From an uncultured bacterium (GTDB lineage: Bacteria > CSSED10-310 > CAZUFC01), in assembly GCA_964619725.1 (NCBI GenBank), contig CAZUFC010000122.1:1-24258 (forward strand): a stretch of 24,258 bases of DNA. Direction: 5' to 3'. Below the pieces are notes generated by a model. That model saw nothing but the letters and a program-made list of their open reading frames with translations, was not told where the DNA came from and made no database searches. Of the stretch, positions 8,091-17,096 are shown piece by piece (position 1 is the stretch's first letter; every line of letters starts with the position of its first letter). The position numbers and the translations under genes were made by a program.

Positions 8091-8789
8091 TTGCTAATCA
8101 TTCCTATGCGATCCAAAGTAAATTGTTTTTAAATTCATTATGTTATCCTAGCTTTTTATTCGGGGATTTTATCCAGAAACCTTTTAATCTCCTTTTCCGA
8201 ATCCTCCGCAGAGAAAAATCAGAAAATGTTCACCCCGTAAGAGGCATTTTCAATCATAAGACTAAATATCAAATTTTTCGAAAGTAGTCAATTAATTTTG
8301 TCTATGAATCCCTTTTTCAATCCGCAATGATTCACGTTAAGTTATTTAATTTCCGCTTCCCCGCCCCTGATCGCGCCTGTATCGAATGCGGATTTCCCTT
8401 AAGCGGCAGACCCGGACCGGACGTTGCGCCCTCACCCAGGACGGAGGCATTCAAGCCGCCGACAAGCCGTTTATTTTCGCTCATAATGCGATTTAAGCCA
8501 GAATAGAAGACGTTCATATCCCCGATTTCACCGGAGCGGACAGAACGTAAAACGGTCGCCTTCCCGCCGCTTCCATTCCCTGATGTATAGAGTCGGGAGA
8601 TTTCGCTGCGCACGCATTCCCGGTTTTATCGGGATGGGGAGCGGTTACGTTTTTTGGGACTGATCAAACCGTGGTTACACTTCTCTCATAACTTTTGACA
8701 AGTTGTTTCAGTAATCGGGGAGGGTATGGTTACCGCGATCGCAATCGGGATAAAAACAAAATGATTAGATATTCTGTAGAATTGATCCT

Positions 8790-8997
8790 CGATCATCTCG
8801 AAAAATCGACGGCGATCCGTCCGCGACCGTTTGCCGTTACCCTCGGCGATATTACACGGTACTGATTGAGCGGCTCCCATCAATTTTTCACGCGCATGAC
8901 GGCAATGACCTTTCAATCGATTAACGCGCTCGAAAACCTACGCGACAAATTGAGGGCTGACCTGGTAAACATCACGTCGTTTATGGTCGAACGTAAT
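8790..8997 (-). pseudogene. Four-helix-bundle protein (23S rRNA IVS-encoded/S23/Avd-like family) remnant
   Basis: AAGGAG RBS, then (ATT)TFDHKRRDVYQVSPQFVA*VFERVNRLKGHCRHAREKLMGAAQSVPCNIAEGNGKRSRTDRRRFFE. Start codon lost, TAG at a likely Trp, C-terminal helices deleted. Confidence 0.75.
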
Positions 8998-9021
8998 TCG
9001 TCTCCTTTTCGATTACGATTA

Positions 9022-9052
9022 TCCGCTTTCGCCAAGGCTTCAGCGGGACAGG
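9022..9052. repeat. Short REP-like palindromic repeat
   Basis: TCCGCTTTCGCCAAGGCTTCAGCGGGACAGG forms an imperfect hairpin of the CCGCCTTCGCCAAGGCTTCGGCGG type. Confidence 0.5.
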
Positions 9053-9085
9053 CAAAGCGCCGCTATGCTGAGTGCGAGCGCTAAG

Positions 9086-9147
9086 CCGTAACGTCCCGGC
9101 GATCAGCGGTCGTTCGAAGATTGATCCGTTGCATCGGCTTGTTGGGC
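9086..9147 (-). other. Integron attC site (TA cassette)
   Basis: Minus strand GCCCAAC-AAGCCGATGCAACGG...CCGCTGATCGCCGGGAC-GTTACGG, 62 bp. The antitoxin ORF reads into it. Confidence 0.8.
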
Positions 9148-9294
9148 GGCCACCGGACGGAGCAGGCGTTCACGATGCTGTTCCTGGATAGCGATGTAGT
9201 GTTCGATAAGTCTTTCCGGATCATCGTTAAACTTTTCCGGGATCACCTTATGCACGTCGCGCACGGCCTTAATGCATTCATCCTCTTTCTTCAT
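9103..9294 (-). CDS. Putative antitoxin partner of the PIN-domain toxin
   Basis: 63 aa, DECIKAVRDVHKVIPEKFNDDPERLIEHY. Overlaps the reconstructed toxin 3' end. Confidence 0.65.
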   Translation of the reverse strand: MKKEDECIKAVRDVHKVIPEKFNDDPERLIEHYIAIQEQHRERLLRPVAAQQADATDQSSNDR

Positions 9295-9766
9295 GGTCGT
9301 TTCCAAGTAGCTCTAGCCGCGTCACTAGGGCTGGAACGAAAAGCCCCAGCATCGTGTTGACTCTTCTGATATGATGCAACTTTGTTTGCATTTGCTAGAT
9401 GGCGGCAGTTCCAGGTGATCAGGAAATCACAACGATGGTACGACGCCATGGCCAAGTTGGTGCATCGCCTACGGGAGAACGCGGCATGACCTGAAGAGTG
9501 AGGTAGTTCTGGACAATCTCTGTTATAGCAGGTTCGATCTGCAACACGGGTATGTGATCCACGAGCTTTAGGCAGTCTTCACGAGCTGGGAACTCATCAA
9601 GTGAAAGCTCTTCGATTACCGCCTTGCTCGTAACCAGCTCGTAACTATTACCGGCATCGTCCCACCATCGCCGTGTCCATTCGCGCCGCGCCGTCATCTC
9701 CGGTTCGGAGCGAGTCTCGAAATAAAAACTCGATATCGTTGTTTCTATGTGAACCCGCTTTCTCAT
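9278..9766 (-). pseudogene. PIN-domain (VapC-like) toxin with two frameshifts
   Basis: VHIETTISSFY...WTRRWW...VIEEL...GDA, shift, LAMASYHRCDFLITWNCRHLANANK, shift, LHHIRRVNTMLGLFVPALVTRLELLG. Confidence 0.85.
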
Positions 9767-9928
9767 GGACAAAATTCTCTCCGAATCACCATCAATTTGA
9801 ATTTACCAATATGTAATCACCAAAACAAGAATCGTATTGAAAAGTACGATAAGAGCTTTTTCAATGTCTCGAGATTTAAAACGACCGATTTCATAGTCAG
9901 ACGTCAAAAGGTGAATTCATATTCAACT

Positions 9929-10275
9929 TTACCCTTTCAGACTCTCCTCCAAGTCTGCTGCGGCCTGCCAATCCGTGGGATAATTATCGGTGGAGTGAGA
10001 TAAATCGAAAATCCATATCTGGTCGCAATCGTTCTCGTTTATTAACTGCGAAGCCTGATCGTCGGAGGAAAGATTCACCCAGTCCGCATCTGCTCCGGCA
10101 TTCACGGGCGGCTCATAAACGCTGTAACCGTCCGCATCGTATGAAGTTCCATGAACGTTGATCATCAGTAAACGATGTTCGGGAACCGGCGTCGGCGTCA
10201 TAAAGGCAGCCACGCAGGATAAAGTCGTCAAAAAGAAAAAAAGACCGTAAGAACTGAAAAATTCCTTATCTTCAT
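9929..10275 (-). pseudogene. Truncated secreted protein with a homopolymer frameshift in the signal peptide
   Basis: GGAGA-ATG at 10275. Changing T7 (A7 at 10236-10242) to T8 gives MKIRNFSVLTVFFFFLTTLSCVAAFMTPTPVP... The acidic mature part ends after about 90 aa. Confidence 0.55.
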
Positions 10276-10611
10276 CGTTTCTTCTCCATAATCCATTTAA
10301 CAAATATTGGAAAAGAATTTTTTTCCATTGCTGCTTCCCTTGCATACCGGATTAAATTTGAAAAATCAATTCGGGACGGTTTCACTCTTTTAATGCTTGA
10401 TAATTTTTCATGTTTCCGTTAGTCTTTCTACGAAAAATCATCGACGCAGCAACGAAATCGTTGATTTCACTCATACTGCAGGAAATTTCGTTCGGCGAAG
10501 AATTCATTAGAAGAAAAAACAAGCTCATTTATATTGCATGAAAATGGGAAAAGACGAGAATACATTGATTAAAGGGCACAATAGAATGCGTAGTCTGAAA
10601 TATCGAAGCAG

Positions 10612-13452
10612 GTGAAAAAGGATATGACCAGAGAAGACGGAGAGACCGTCGTTCGGGAAGCTGGATTCGAAGGAACGACGTACGCATTTTTAGAGCCCGG
10701 TACAATAATCACCGGCAGGAATCATTCCTACTATATCCGGGAACATATTGCGCGAGGAGGTCAATGCGACGTTTATACGGCCGATTTTTTCGGCGATGCA
10801 GGCGATAAACACAGGTTGGCGGTGAAGATAGTTCGCCCCCAGGCGGATAACGAGGCGCGAAAAGAACTCGCAGAGATGCTCCAGCGGGAAGGTGAGATTT
10901 TGCTCAAGCTGGACCATCCCAATCTTGTTCCCTGCCGTGACGCTGGATTTCATGAAGAGATGCCGTTTCTGGTCATGAATTATATCCATGGAGATCAACT
11001 CGATTTTTGGCTTCGGAAGAATCATGATGCTTTATTAGAGACGAAACTGCGGTTATTATCGGAAATCGCAGACGGGATAGCTTATCTGCACAAACGAAAA
11101 ATAGTCCATCGAGGCATCAAACCATCCAATATAGTCATAACGGACAACACAAACGCCGTTATTCTTGATCTCGGCGTCTGTTTACTCGACAGGCGTACTG
11201 AACGTCAAGAAAGAAAACTCACTGAACTGGGTCAGAGGATAGGAACGCCGGGTTGGTGGTCTCCGGAGCAATATTTCGACGGTAAGGCCGTCGATAAGCG
11301 CTCCGATGTGTATCAAACGGGTCTGGTAACTCTTTTCATGCTGGCCGGCATTAATCCTTATTTGACCGCGCCGAATCCGAAGCTGATTGAAGGGAATAAC
11401 AGTATCCCTTATCCCGTCGTCAAGATGACGAAAAAGATGCTGAGACGTTCGCCTTCGACCAGGTTTCACAATATGAAAAGGATTGCATCGATTTTTCGAT
11501 TATCGAGATGTAATTTGCAAAATGAAACGCTCTTGACGAAAAATCAGGGCATGGTGGAAAGCTATTCGGCAAATAAGGCGCGGAAAACAGGAGTTTCCTT
11601 TTTTTCAGTATTTGAGAATAAGGGGAGGTCTCTATGGTTACGTATTTATTTCAACAGACTGCACATTTTGGCGCCCCTGATTTTTCTCGTTTTAATGCTG
11701 TCGGTTTTTTTCATATCGATTAATGACGCTTTTTCCGTGAATGGCTTACCCTCATATAACCTTGAATCGGAAGCTACATTGAATGTTGACGAACCGTTTC
11801 CTAAAAGAGACTGGAGTTTTGGTCTGAAGGATGAAATTACAAAGCTTGTGATTCCCGATCCCCCTTACGGCAATTTCTTCCCGGGGAAAAAGCGTTGCTG
11901 GCTGGTTGGAGGAGGAGCCAATAGTCGCCTTGTTGCTGAAACAGAAAAGCAATTACCGTTCGAGAACGGCATGGTTTACCTCGTGCAACCGCCGAAGTCT
12001 TTATTCGGCCGTCCTGAAATAATCGACAGGCATTCGGTCGAACCGAGGGATTTTTATCCCGATGTCGGTTTTGATTACATTATAAGTAAAATTTTATGGC
12101 TGGAAAATACCTCCTCATACAACGGATTTCTTATTCTTTCTTATTCCAGGCAAGGATTCCCCAACATTGCAGTATTTCGCGAATATTGTAAAAATCGGGA
12201 TGTTATTGGCTCCTCCAAAATATACTCGAATGCCGGGGGCATATCTGACGTGATCAAAGTTCCTGGAGATTCTGAAGGTCTTTATTCTCTTGTTTTCTAT
12301 GGAAACAACTGGCGTATGAACAAGCGTCCCGTCGTTTTTAAAATAAGCAATTATCGCCATCCGGGTGAAATGCCCCCGTTTGAAAATGGACTCGGAACGA
12401 CGTTGAGTCTGCCGTTTGACTGGTATGTTCTTCTTCCCGGAGGTCAGGGCGATGGAATAATCCAAATCTCGATCGAGCGGGAAAAAGAGATTGTTGAAAT
12501 AATCGATCGCCGCTCCAACAGGATAAAAATTGATTTCAACAATGGACGTATACTGGGCAAACCCGATATTCCCGACAGACTCGAAAGGCAAAAAGAATTT
12601 TGGAAGTCTCTGAGAAAAGCGCAGCTTTATTATCATGACGGAAAACTGATGAAGGCGATAAATGAAATAAAGAAATATGAAGACATTCCTCTGGGCAATC
12701 GCGGCCTGGAGGTATATCTGTATTACCTTCTGGGCCAATGGCATTTGCGTAAAAACGACTGGAAGGCTTCAAAAGAATATTTTATCGCAGGCGCTGAGAA
12801 AGACCCCACAAATATAGAATGCACATTGGCTCTGGCGGAATGGTATCACGAACAGGGCCGGTTTGAGGAAGAACTTGAATTTTACGAAGACCTTGGAGTA
12901 AAGGATGTTGAAAGTCATTACTGGTTGGCAGGTAAAGAATTAAAAGCCATGTATCTGAACGGCATGAAAAGAGAAGCGCAGGCTGAAGCCCGCATTTTTG
13001 CCGGGAAAAGGAGCAACAGGCAGACAGTGATTCACAATTCATTGGAATTATATGCGTATTACTCTTTTCTGTCTGACGACATGCAAACGGTTCTTTCGGC
13101 GTTAAAAGAAAACAGGCTGCTGCTGCACGCGGACAATCCGTTGACGGTATCATTGGAAGCCATGGCGGATTGCGCTTTGAGAAACAGTGAAAAATACAGT
13201 CATCACGCCGGCCGGCTCGATCAATGGCTGACTTACAACATCCTGGACCCGAAACTGAGAGCCATCCTTCATGAAGCCAGGGCGGAGGTGCACGCCGCGC
13301 AAAATGAACATGGAAAAGCTGAAGAACAGTTGAAGAAAGCCCTGGATGAAATCGAGCGATACGGAAACTGGTATATCGATTTGAGAAGTGTGGAAGACCG
13401 TTTGAGGGCAAAGTTGAACCGGATTAATACTGACGTTTTCGAAGAGCTCTGA
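10612..13452 (+). CDS. Membrane Hanks-type Ser/Thr kinase-fold protein with extracytoplasmic domain and C-terminal TPRs; catalytic HRD replaced by HRG
   Basis: IARGGQCDVY, LAVK, REGEIL, LDHPNLV, VHRGIKPSN, DLG, GTPGWWSPEQ, SDVYQTG; TM helix ILAPLIFLVLMLSVFFISI; TPR-like YLLGQWH and LALAEWY. Start is GTG 10612 or ATG 10624. Confidence 0.9.
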   Translation: MKKDMTREDGETVVREAGFEGTTYAFLEPGTIITGRNHSYYIREHIARGGQCDVYTADFFGDAGDKHRLAVKIVRPQADNEARKELAEMLQREGEILLKLDHPNLVPCRDAGFHEEMPFLVMNYIHGDQLDFWLRKNHDALLETKLRLLSEIADGIAYLHKRKIVHRGIKPSNIVITDNTNAVILDLGVCLLDRRTERQERKLTELGQRIGTPGWWSPEQYFDGKAVDKRSDVYQTGLVTLFMLAGINPYLTAPNPKLIEGNNSIPYPVVKMTKKMLRRSPSTRFHNMKRIASIFRLSRCNLQNETLLTKNQGMVESYSANKARKTGVSFFSVFENKGRSLWLRIYFNRLHILAPLIFLVLMLSVFFISINDAFSVNGLPSYNLESEATLNVDEPFPKRDWSFGLKDEITKLVIPDPPYGNFFPGKKRCWLVGGGANSRLVAETEKQLPFENGMVYLVQPPKSLFGRPEIIDRHSVEPRDFYPDVGFDYIISKILWLENTSSYNGFLILSYSRQGFPNIAVFREYCKNRDVIGSSKIYSNAGGISDVIKVPGDSEGLYSLVFYGNNWRMNKRPVVFKISNYRHPGEMPPFENGLGTTLSLPFDWYVLLPGGQGDGIIQISIEREKEIVEIIDRRSNRIKIDFNNGRILGKPDIPDRLERQKEFWKSLRKAQLYYHDGKLMKAINEIKKYEDIPLGNRGLEVYLYYLLGQWHLRKNDWKASKEYFIAGAEKDPTNIECTLALAEWYHEQGRFEEELEFYEDLGVKDVESHYWLAGKELKAMYLNGMKREAQAEARIFAGKRSNRQTVIHNSLELYAYYSFLSDDMQTVLSALKENRLLLHADNPLTVSLEAMADCALRNSEKYSHHAGRLDQWLTYNILDPKLRAILHEARAEVHAAQNEHGKAEEQLKKALDEIERYGNWYIDLRSVEDRLRAKLNRINTDVFEEL

Positions 13453-13545
13453 ACCTCGGCTCTCGGATTTCCAACTTTTTACTGATCTGTCTGTTGGACT
13501 TACGTAACACAGGCATGCAACCGGCTCCGTTTTCTGTATTAAATT

Positions 13546-13587
13546 TCCGATTGCGATACCGATCCCGCCACCGATTACCGATAGCGG
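13546..13587. repeat. Degenerate hexamer (NNCGAT) tandem repeat
   Basis: TCCGAT TGCGAT ACCGAT CCCGCC ACCGAT TACCGAT. The same type occurs at 8713-8750 (opposite orientation) and 9008-9022. Confidence 0.5.
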
Positions 13588-13792
13588 ATGCCTGAGATTA
13601 AAAAAAACTGGGCGGTCCACGCCAAACAGTCAAAGAGTAGTCATATATAAAAAATTACCGCATGGACTTCCCTTTTGGTCAGAGTTGACCGAAAAATCAT
13701 AGAATTTCCCGTCTTGATGATCGTCTTTCCATTAAAGCAAATATATTTATATACAATAACCTATGTAGATTTTTCATTGTTTCTGTTTTCCC

Positions 13793-13807
13793 TGGCATGG
13801 AGCTTGC
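13793..13807 (+). promoter_or_regulatory. Sigma54 (RpoN) -24/-12 promoter
   Basis: TGGCATG-GAGC-TTGC matches TGGCACG-N4-TTGC with exact GG-N10-GC spacing. An AT-rich tract lies upstream; about 140 nt to the ATG. Confidence 0.75.
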
Positions 13808-13948
13808 CCTTAGTCAAACCGTCATTATCTGCAGCGAAGGGAGGTGACTCAAGGTTATATTTCGTTCCCGGCGGAAGGACATTTCACCGCAATCTGCGGA
13901 CAGCGAAGTTTTAGAAGTAATTTTCAGGACTTAATGAAAGGAGAAACA

Positions 13949-16900
13949 ATGAAAAATCAGTTGACGGTATTGATGATGATATGGATGATTGGGATTCTTG
14001 CAGCCTCAGGCGAAAGGGTGCAAGCCGAATTTATTTTGTATGAGGATTTTGAGTCGATAGATGAGTTTCCTTCGGATGACTGGAACGTGCATACGCTTTA
14101 TAATCCGGACCTTTCGCCCGACATTGATCCTGTAAACGGTAATCCCGGTCATTGTTACGCGCCGGGAGGCGCCGGCGACGGACAGAATACGGAAATCTAT
14201 CATAACGAATTCACGGTGGATTACAGTCGCGGTTGCCGTATGACCTGCGATTTCAAAATTACCGACACATCAGCGCATTATAATGACCTTTGGTTCGGAT
14301 TAGCTCAGGGGGATGTGGTCGACGGGGAGAATACAGCGTTTTCCGTTGAGCTCTGGTTTAACGGGAGCGCCGGCGACAACTACGTTTATTGCAGGATAAA
14401 CGGTTATCAGGACAATGAAGAGTTAATATATATTGAAAACGGATTCGTGCCGGGTCAGTATCATATGGCGGAGATTAGAATACGGCCGGACCGTCTGGTG
14501 GAATTTTACGTTGACGGCGTTCTTTTATGGACGACGTCCCGGACGATCGACATGATGTATAATCACGGCATACCTGTTTTAGGGGGTTTCAATGCGAGTC
14601 CTGCGTATGCCGACAATTTTTACATTAACGAACAGTTTTACCGGATACCCTATTGTGAAGACTTTGAAGAAATTGAAGAATTGCCTTCTGATGACTGGGG
14701 CGTGCACACTCTGTACAATCCTTACATAGAGCCTGCCATTGACCCGACACAAGGGAATCCGGATCATTGTTACGTTCCCGGAGGAGCCGGCGACGGGCAG
14801 AACACAGAAATATACGCTAAATACTACACAGCGGACTACAGCCGCGGATTCCGAATGACGTGCGATTTTTACCTGAGCGATACGTTGACTCATTACAACG
14901 ATTTGTGGATGGGATTGCCCAGGGAGCGTATCCTGAATGGCGACAACATCGATTACGCTGTTTTTATGACGTTGAATGCCGCAGCCGACAATCGCAATGT
15001 CGGCGGATACATAGGTTCTGAGAATGCCGGTCATCAAGATTCATTTGTAATTCCGGGAGGATTCGACCCCGGCGTATGGTACCAGGCGGAGATAAGAATA
15101 CGTCCCGATCAATACGTGGAATTTTATTTGAACGGCGACTTGCTGTACACGACCGTGACGAAGATAGACCCGGCTTACAATAATGCACCGCCGGTATTGG
15201 GCGGATTCAACACTTATCCTGTTTATGCCGATAATTTCTGTCTGGATGAATTTTTCTACATGGACATGTTTGAGGATTTCGAGTTGATTGATGAATTCCC
15301 TTCTGAGGATTGGAGCATCCATACATTGTACAATCCCGGACTTTCGCCGAGTATTGACAGGACGCACGGCAATCCTCGCCATTGTTATGCTCCCGGTGGG
15401 GCCGGCGACGGAATGAACACGGAAATCTACCATAACTCATTCCTGGCGGATTACAGCGAGGGACTGGTTATGAGTTGCGATTTCTTTTTGACCGACTGTT
15501 CTTCTCATTACAACGATCTGTGGTTCGGTTTGCCCATGGAGGATATAGTAAACGGGGACAATCTGGATTATGTGGTATTCATAGGTTTTAACGGAGGAGC
15601 GGGGAACCGGACAGTCGACATGTATATCAACTCGGAATACCCGGCTCACCAGGATCACCATTACATTCCCAATTCTTTTACAGACAATGCGTGGCACACA
15701 GCGACCGTAGTCGTCAGGCCTGATTTGCATGTGGAGTATTACCTTAACGGCGATCATCTCTGGACGACCGAAAACACAATAGACCCGGCCTATAATGAAT
15801 CGCCGCCGGTTCTGGGCGGATTCAATGCGCATCCTGCCCACGCGGATAATTTTTTCGTCAGTAAGTCTCTGGGCGGGACGACTCAACCAACGCCGACATT
15901 AGTCCCGACATATCAAATTACTGAAACTCCGACCTTCTATCCTACTCCGACGCCCGCGGTAACGTTTACGCCCACAGAAGATTTCCTGTGGATAGAGGGA
16001 GCGACCGGAGAGAACGGCGAAACCGTGCAAATAACAGTCAATATCCATAATCCATTTACGCCCCTCAATGAATTCGGATTGGACCTGACTTATTGTCCCG
16101 CAATGCTTCAGTTCGATTCCTGCGAACCGGGCGATTTGACTACGAATTGGTACGAGCTGGACTGCAATGACGAGACCCAGGACAGTTATGTGCGGGTTGC
16201 GGGATTCCATACCCAGGAGATTCCTTCCGGGAGTTACGGCAGCATAGCGATCCTGAATTTCGTGGTGAATTGTCCGGACTGCCTGGACGGCGATCAATGC
16301 ACCATATGCCCTCAGAATATGGTCGACGACATAGGCGGGTGGATGACGCAATGCGATACATTCACCTTCATCGATTGCATTAACGACGGCGATGTGTCGA
16401 ACGACGGAATGATTACTCCTCGCGATGCCAATATGGCCTTTCAGCTTTACCTGACCATGATCCCCGATCCCAGCCGACAGGAATTATGCTCTGCAGACTG
16501 CAACGGCGACGGAAACGTTACGCCCGCTGACGCCAACTGCATATTCAAGCATTATCTGGATATGGGCTGTAGTTGCGTAGATCAGCCTGAATCGCCTGGT
16601 AACAACGGTTTCAATCCTGCTGAAAAAATCTCCACTTATTCAAACAACAATCGAATATCTCATCCTGGATCGCCTCACGGCATCATCTGCGCATATCTCA
16701 TACCCGATTCCACCACTGACCGTCTTAAAATGGTCGTTTCAATCGATAAATCAGACCAGCCCATCGCTTCATTAGGGTTCAAACTGCATTATCCTGAGTC
16801 TGAACTGGAATTCTGTGACGTACGATTCGGCGATTTCGTCGATGGCTGGCCCTTTACAGGCGTCGGTCAGTATCCTGATGCGATCAAAATAGGCGCTTTC

Positions 16901-17086
16901 CAGCCTGAAGTCGATGAACGCCAGGACGACAGCGGTATACTCGCTGTCATTACCTTTAAACGTAATGCCAGGGTAATTCCGTGGGACTTTGACCGGTTAG
17001 AGTTCGACTTGACCTGTCTGGTGGACGACATCGCAGGCTTCGATGTCGTTTTTGAACAAAAAAACAGCTTGTCTGGAATAAATTGA
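13949..17086 (+). CDS. Secreted modular protein: signal peptide, 3x 205-aa beta-sandwich-like repeats, Pro/Thr linker, cohesin, dockerin, cohesin
   Basis: AAGGAG-ATG at 13949 (1045 aa). Repeats start at 14039, 14654 and 15269 (exactly 615 nt apart); PT linker ~15878-15975; cohesin-like FGLDLTY..LQFDSCEPGDL..SGSYGSIAILNF; duplicated Ca-binding dockerin motifs GDVSNDGMITPRDA and ADCNGDGNVTPADA; second cohesin LGFKLHY..LEF..GDF..SGILAVITF. Confidence 0.88.
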   Translation: MKNQLTVLMMIWMIGILAASGERVQAEFILYEDFESIDEFPSDDWNVHTLYNPDLSPDIDPVNGNPGHCYAPGGAGDGQNTEIYHNEFTVDYSRGCRMTCDFKITDTSAHYNDLWFGLAQGDVVDGENTAFSVELWFNGSAGDNYVYCRINGYQDNEELIYIENGFVPGQYHMAEIRIRPDRLVEFYVDGVLLWTTSRTIDMMYNHGIPVLGGFNASPAYADNFYINEQFYRIPYCEDFEEIEELPSDDWGVHTLYNPYIEPAIDPTQGNPDHCYVPGGAGDGQNTEIYAKYYTADYSRGFRMTCDFYLSDTLTHYNDLWMGLPRERILNGDNIDYAVFMTLNAAADNRNVGGYIGSENAGHQDSFVIPGGFDPGVWYQAEIRIRPDQYVEFYLNGDLLYTTVTKIDPAYNNAPPVLGGFNTYPVYADNFCLDEFFYMDMFEDFELIDEFPSEDWSIHTLYNPGLSPSIDRTHGNPRHCYAPGGAGDGMNTEIYHNSFLADYSEGLVMSCDFFLTDCSSHYNDLWFGLPMEDIVNGDNLDYVVFIGFNGGAGNRTVDMYINSEYPAHQDHHYIPNSFTDNAWHTATVVVRPDLHVEYYLNGDHLWTTENTIDPAYNESPPVLGGFNAHPAHADNFFVSKSLGGTTQPTPTLVPTYQITETPTFYPTPTPAVTFTPTEDFLWIEGATGENGETVQITVNIHNPFTPLNEFGLDLTYCPAMLQFDSCEPGDLTTNWYELDCNDETQDSYVRVAGFHTQEIPSGSYGSIAILNFVVNCPDCLDGDQCTICPQNMVDDIGGWMTQCDTFTFIDCINDGDVSNDGMITPRDANMAFQLYLTMIPDPSRQELCSADCNGDGNVTPADANCIFKHYLDMGCSCVDQPESPGNNGFNPAEKISTYSNNNRISHPGSPHGIICAYLIPDSTTDRLKMVVSIDKSDQPIASLGFKLHYPESELEFCDVRFGDFVDGWPFTGVGQYPDAIKIGAFQPEVDERQDDSGILAVITFKRNARVIPWDFDRLEFDLTCLVDDIAGFDVVFEQKNSLSGIN

Positions 17087-17096
17087 AAACAGCAGA

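Noticed and set aside
8121-8346. dif-like sequences (TTATGTTA at 8138, TTAAGTTA at 8337)
   Set aside because: The XerC arms do not match and the XerD arms are only partial in AT-rich DNA.
8100-8690. Expected location of intI; the 8332-8613 ORF contains YTSGNGSGG
   Set aside because: No tyrosine-recombinase motifs (HxxRH, LLGH, TTxIYTH) recognised; the resemblance is superficial.
8790-8997. Avd-like gene suggesting a diversity-generating retroelement
   Set aside because: No reverse transcriptase, and no TR/VR pair with adenine-specific mismatches was seen; the 615-nt repeats differ at all four bases.
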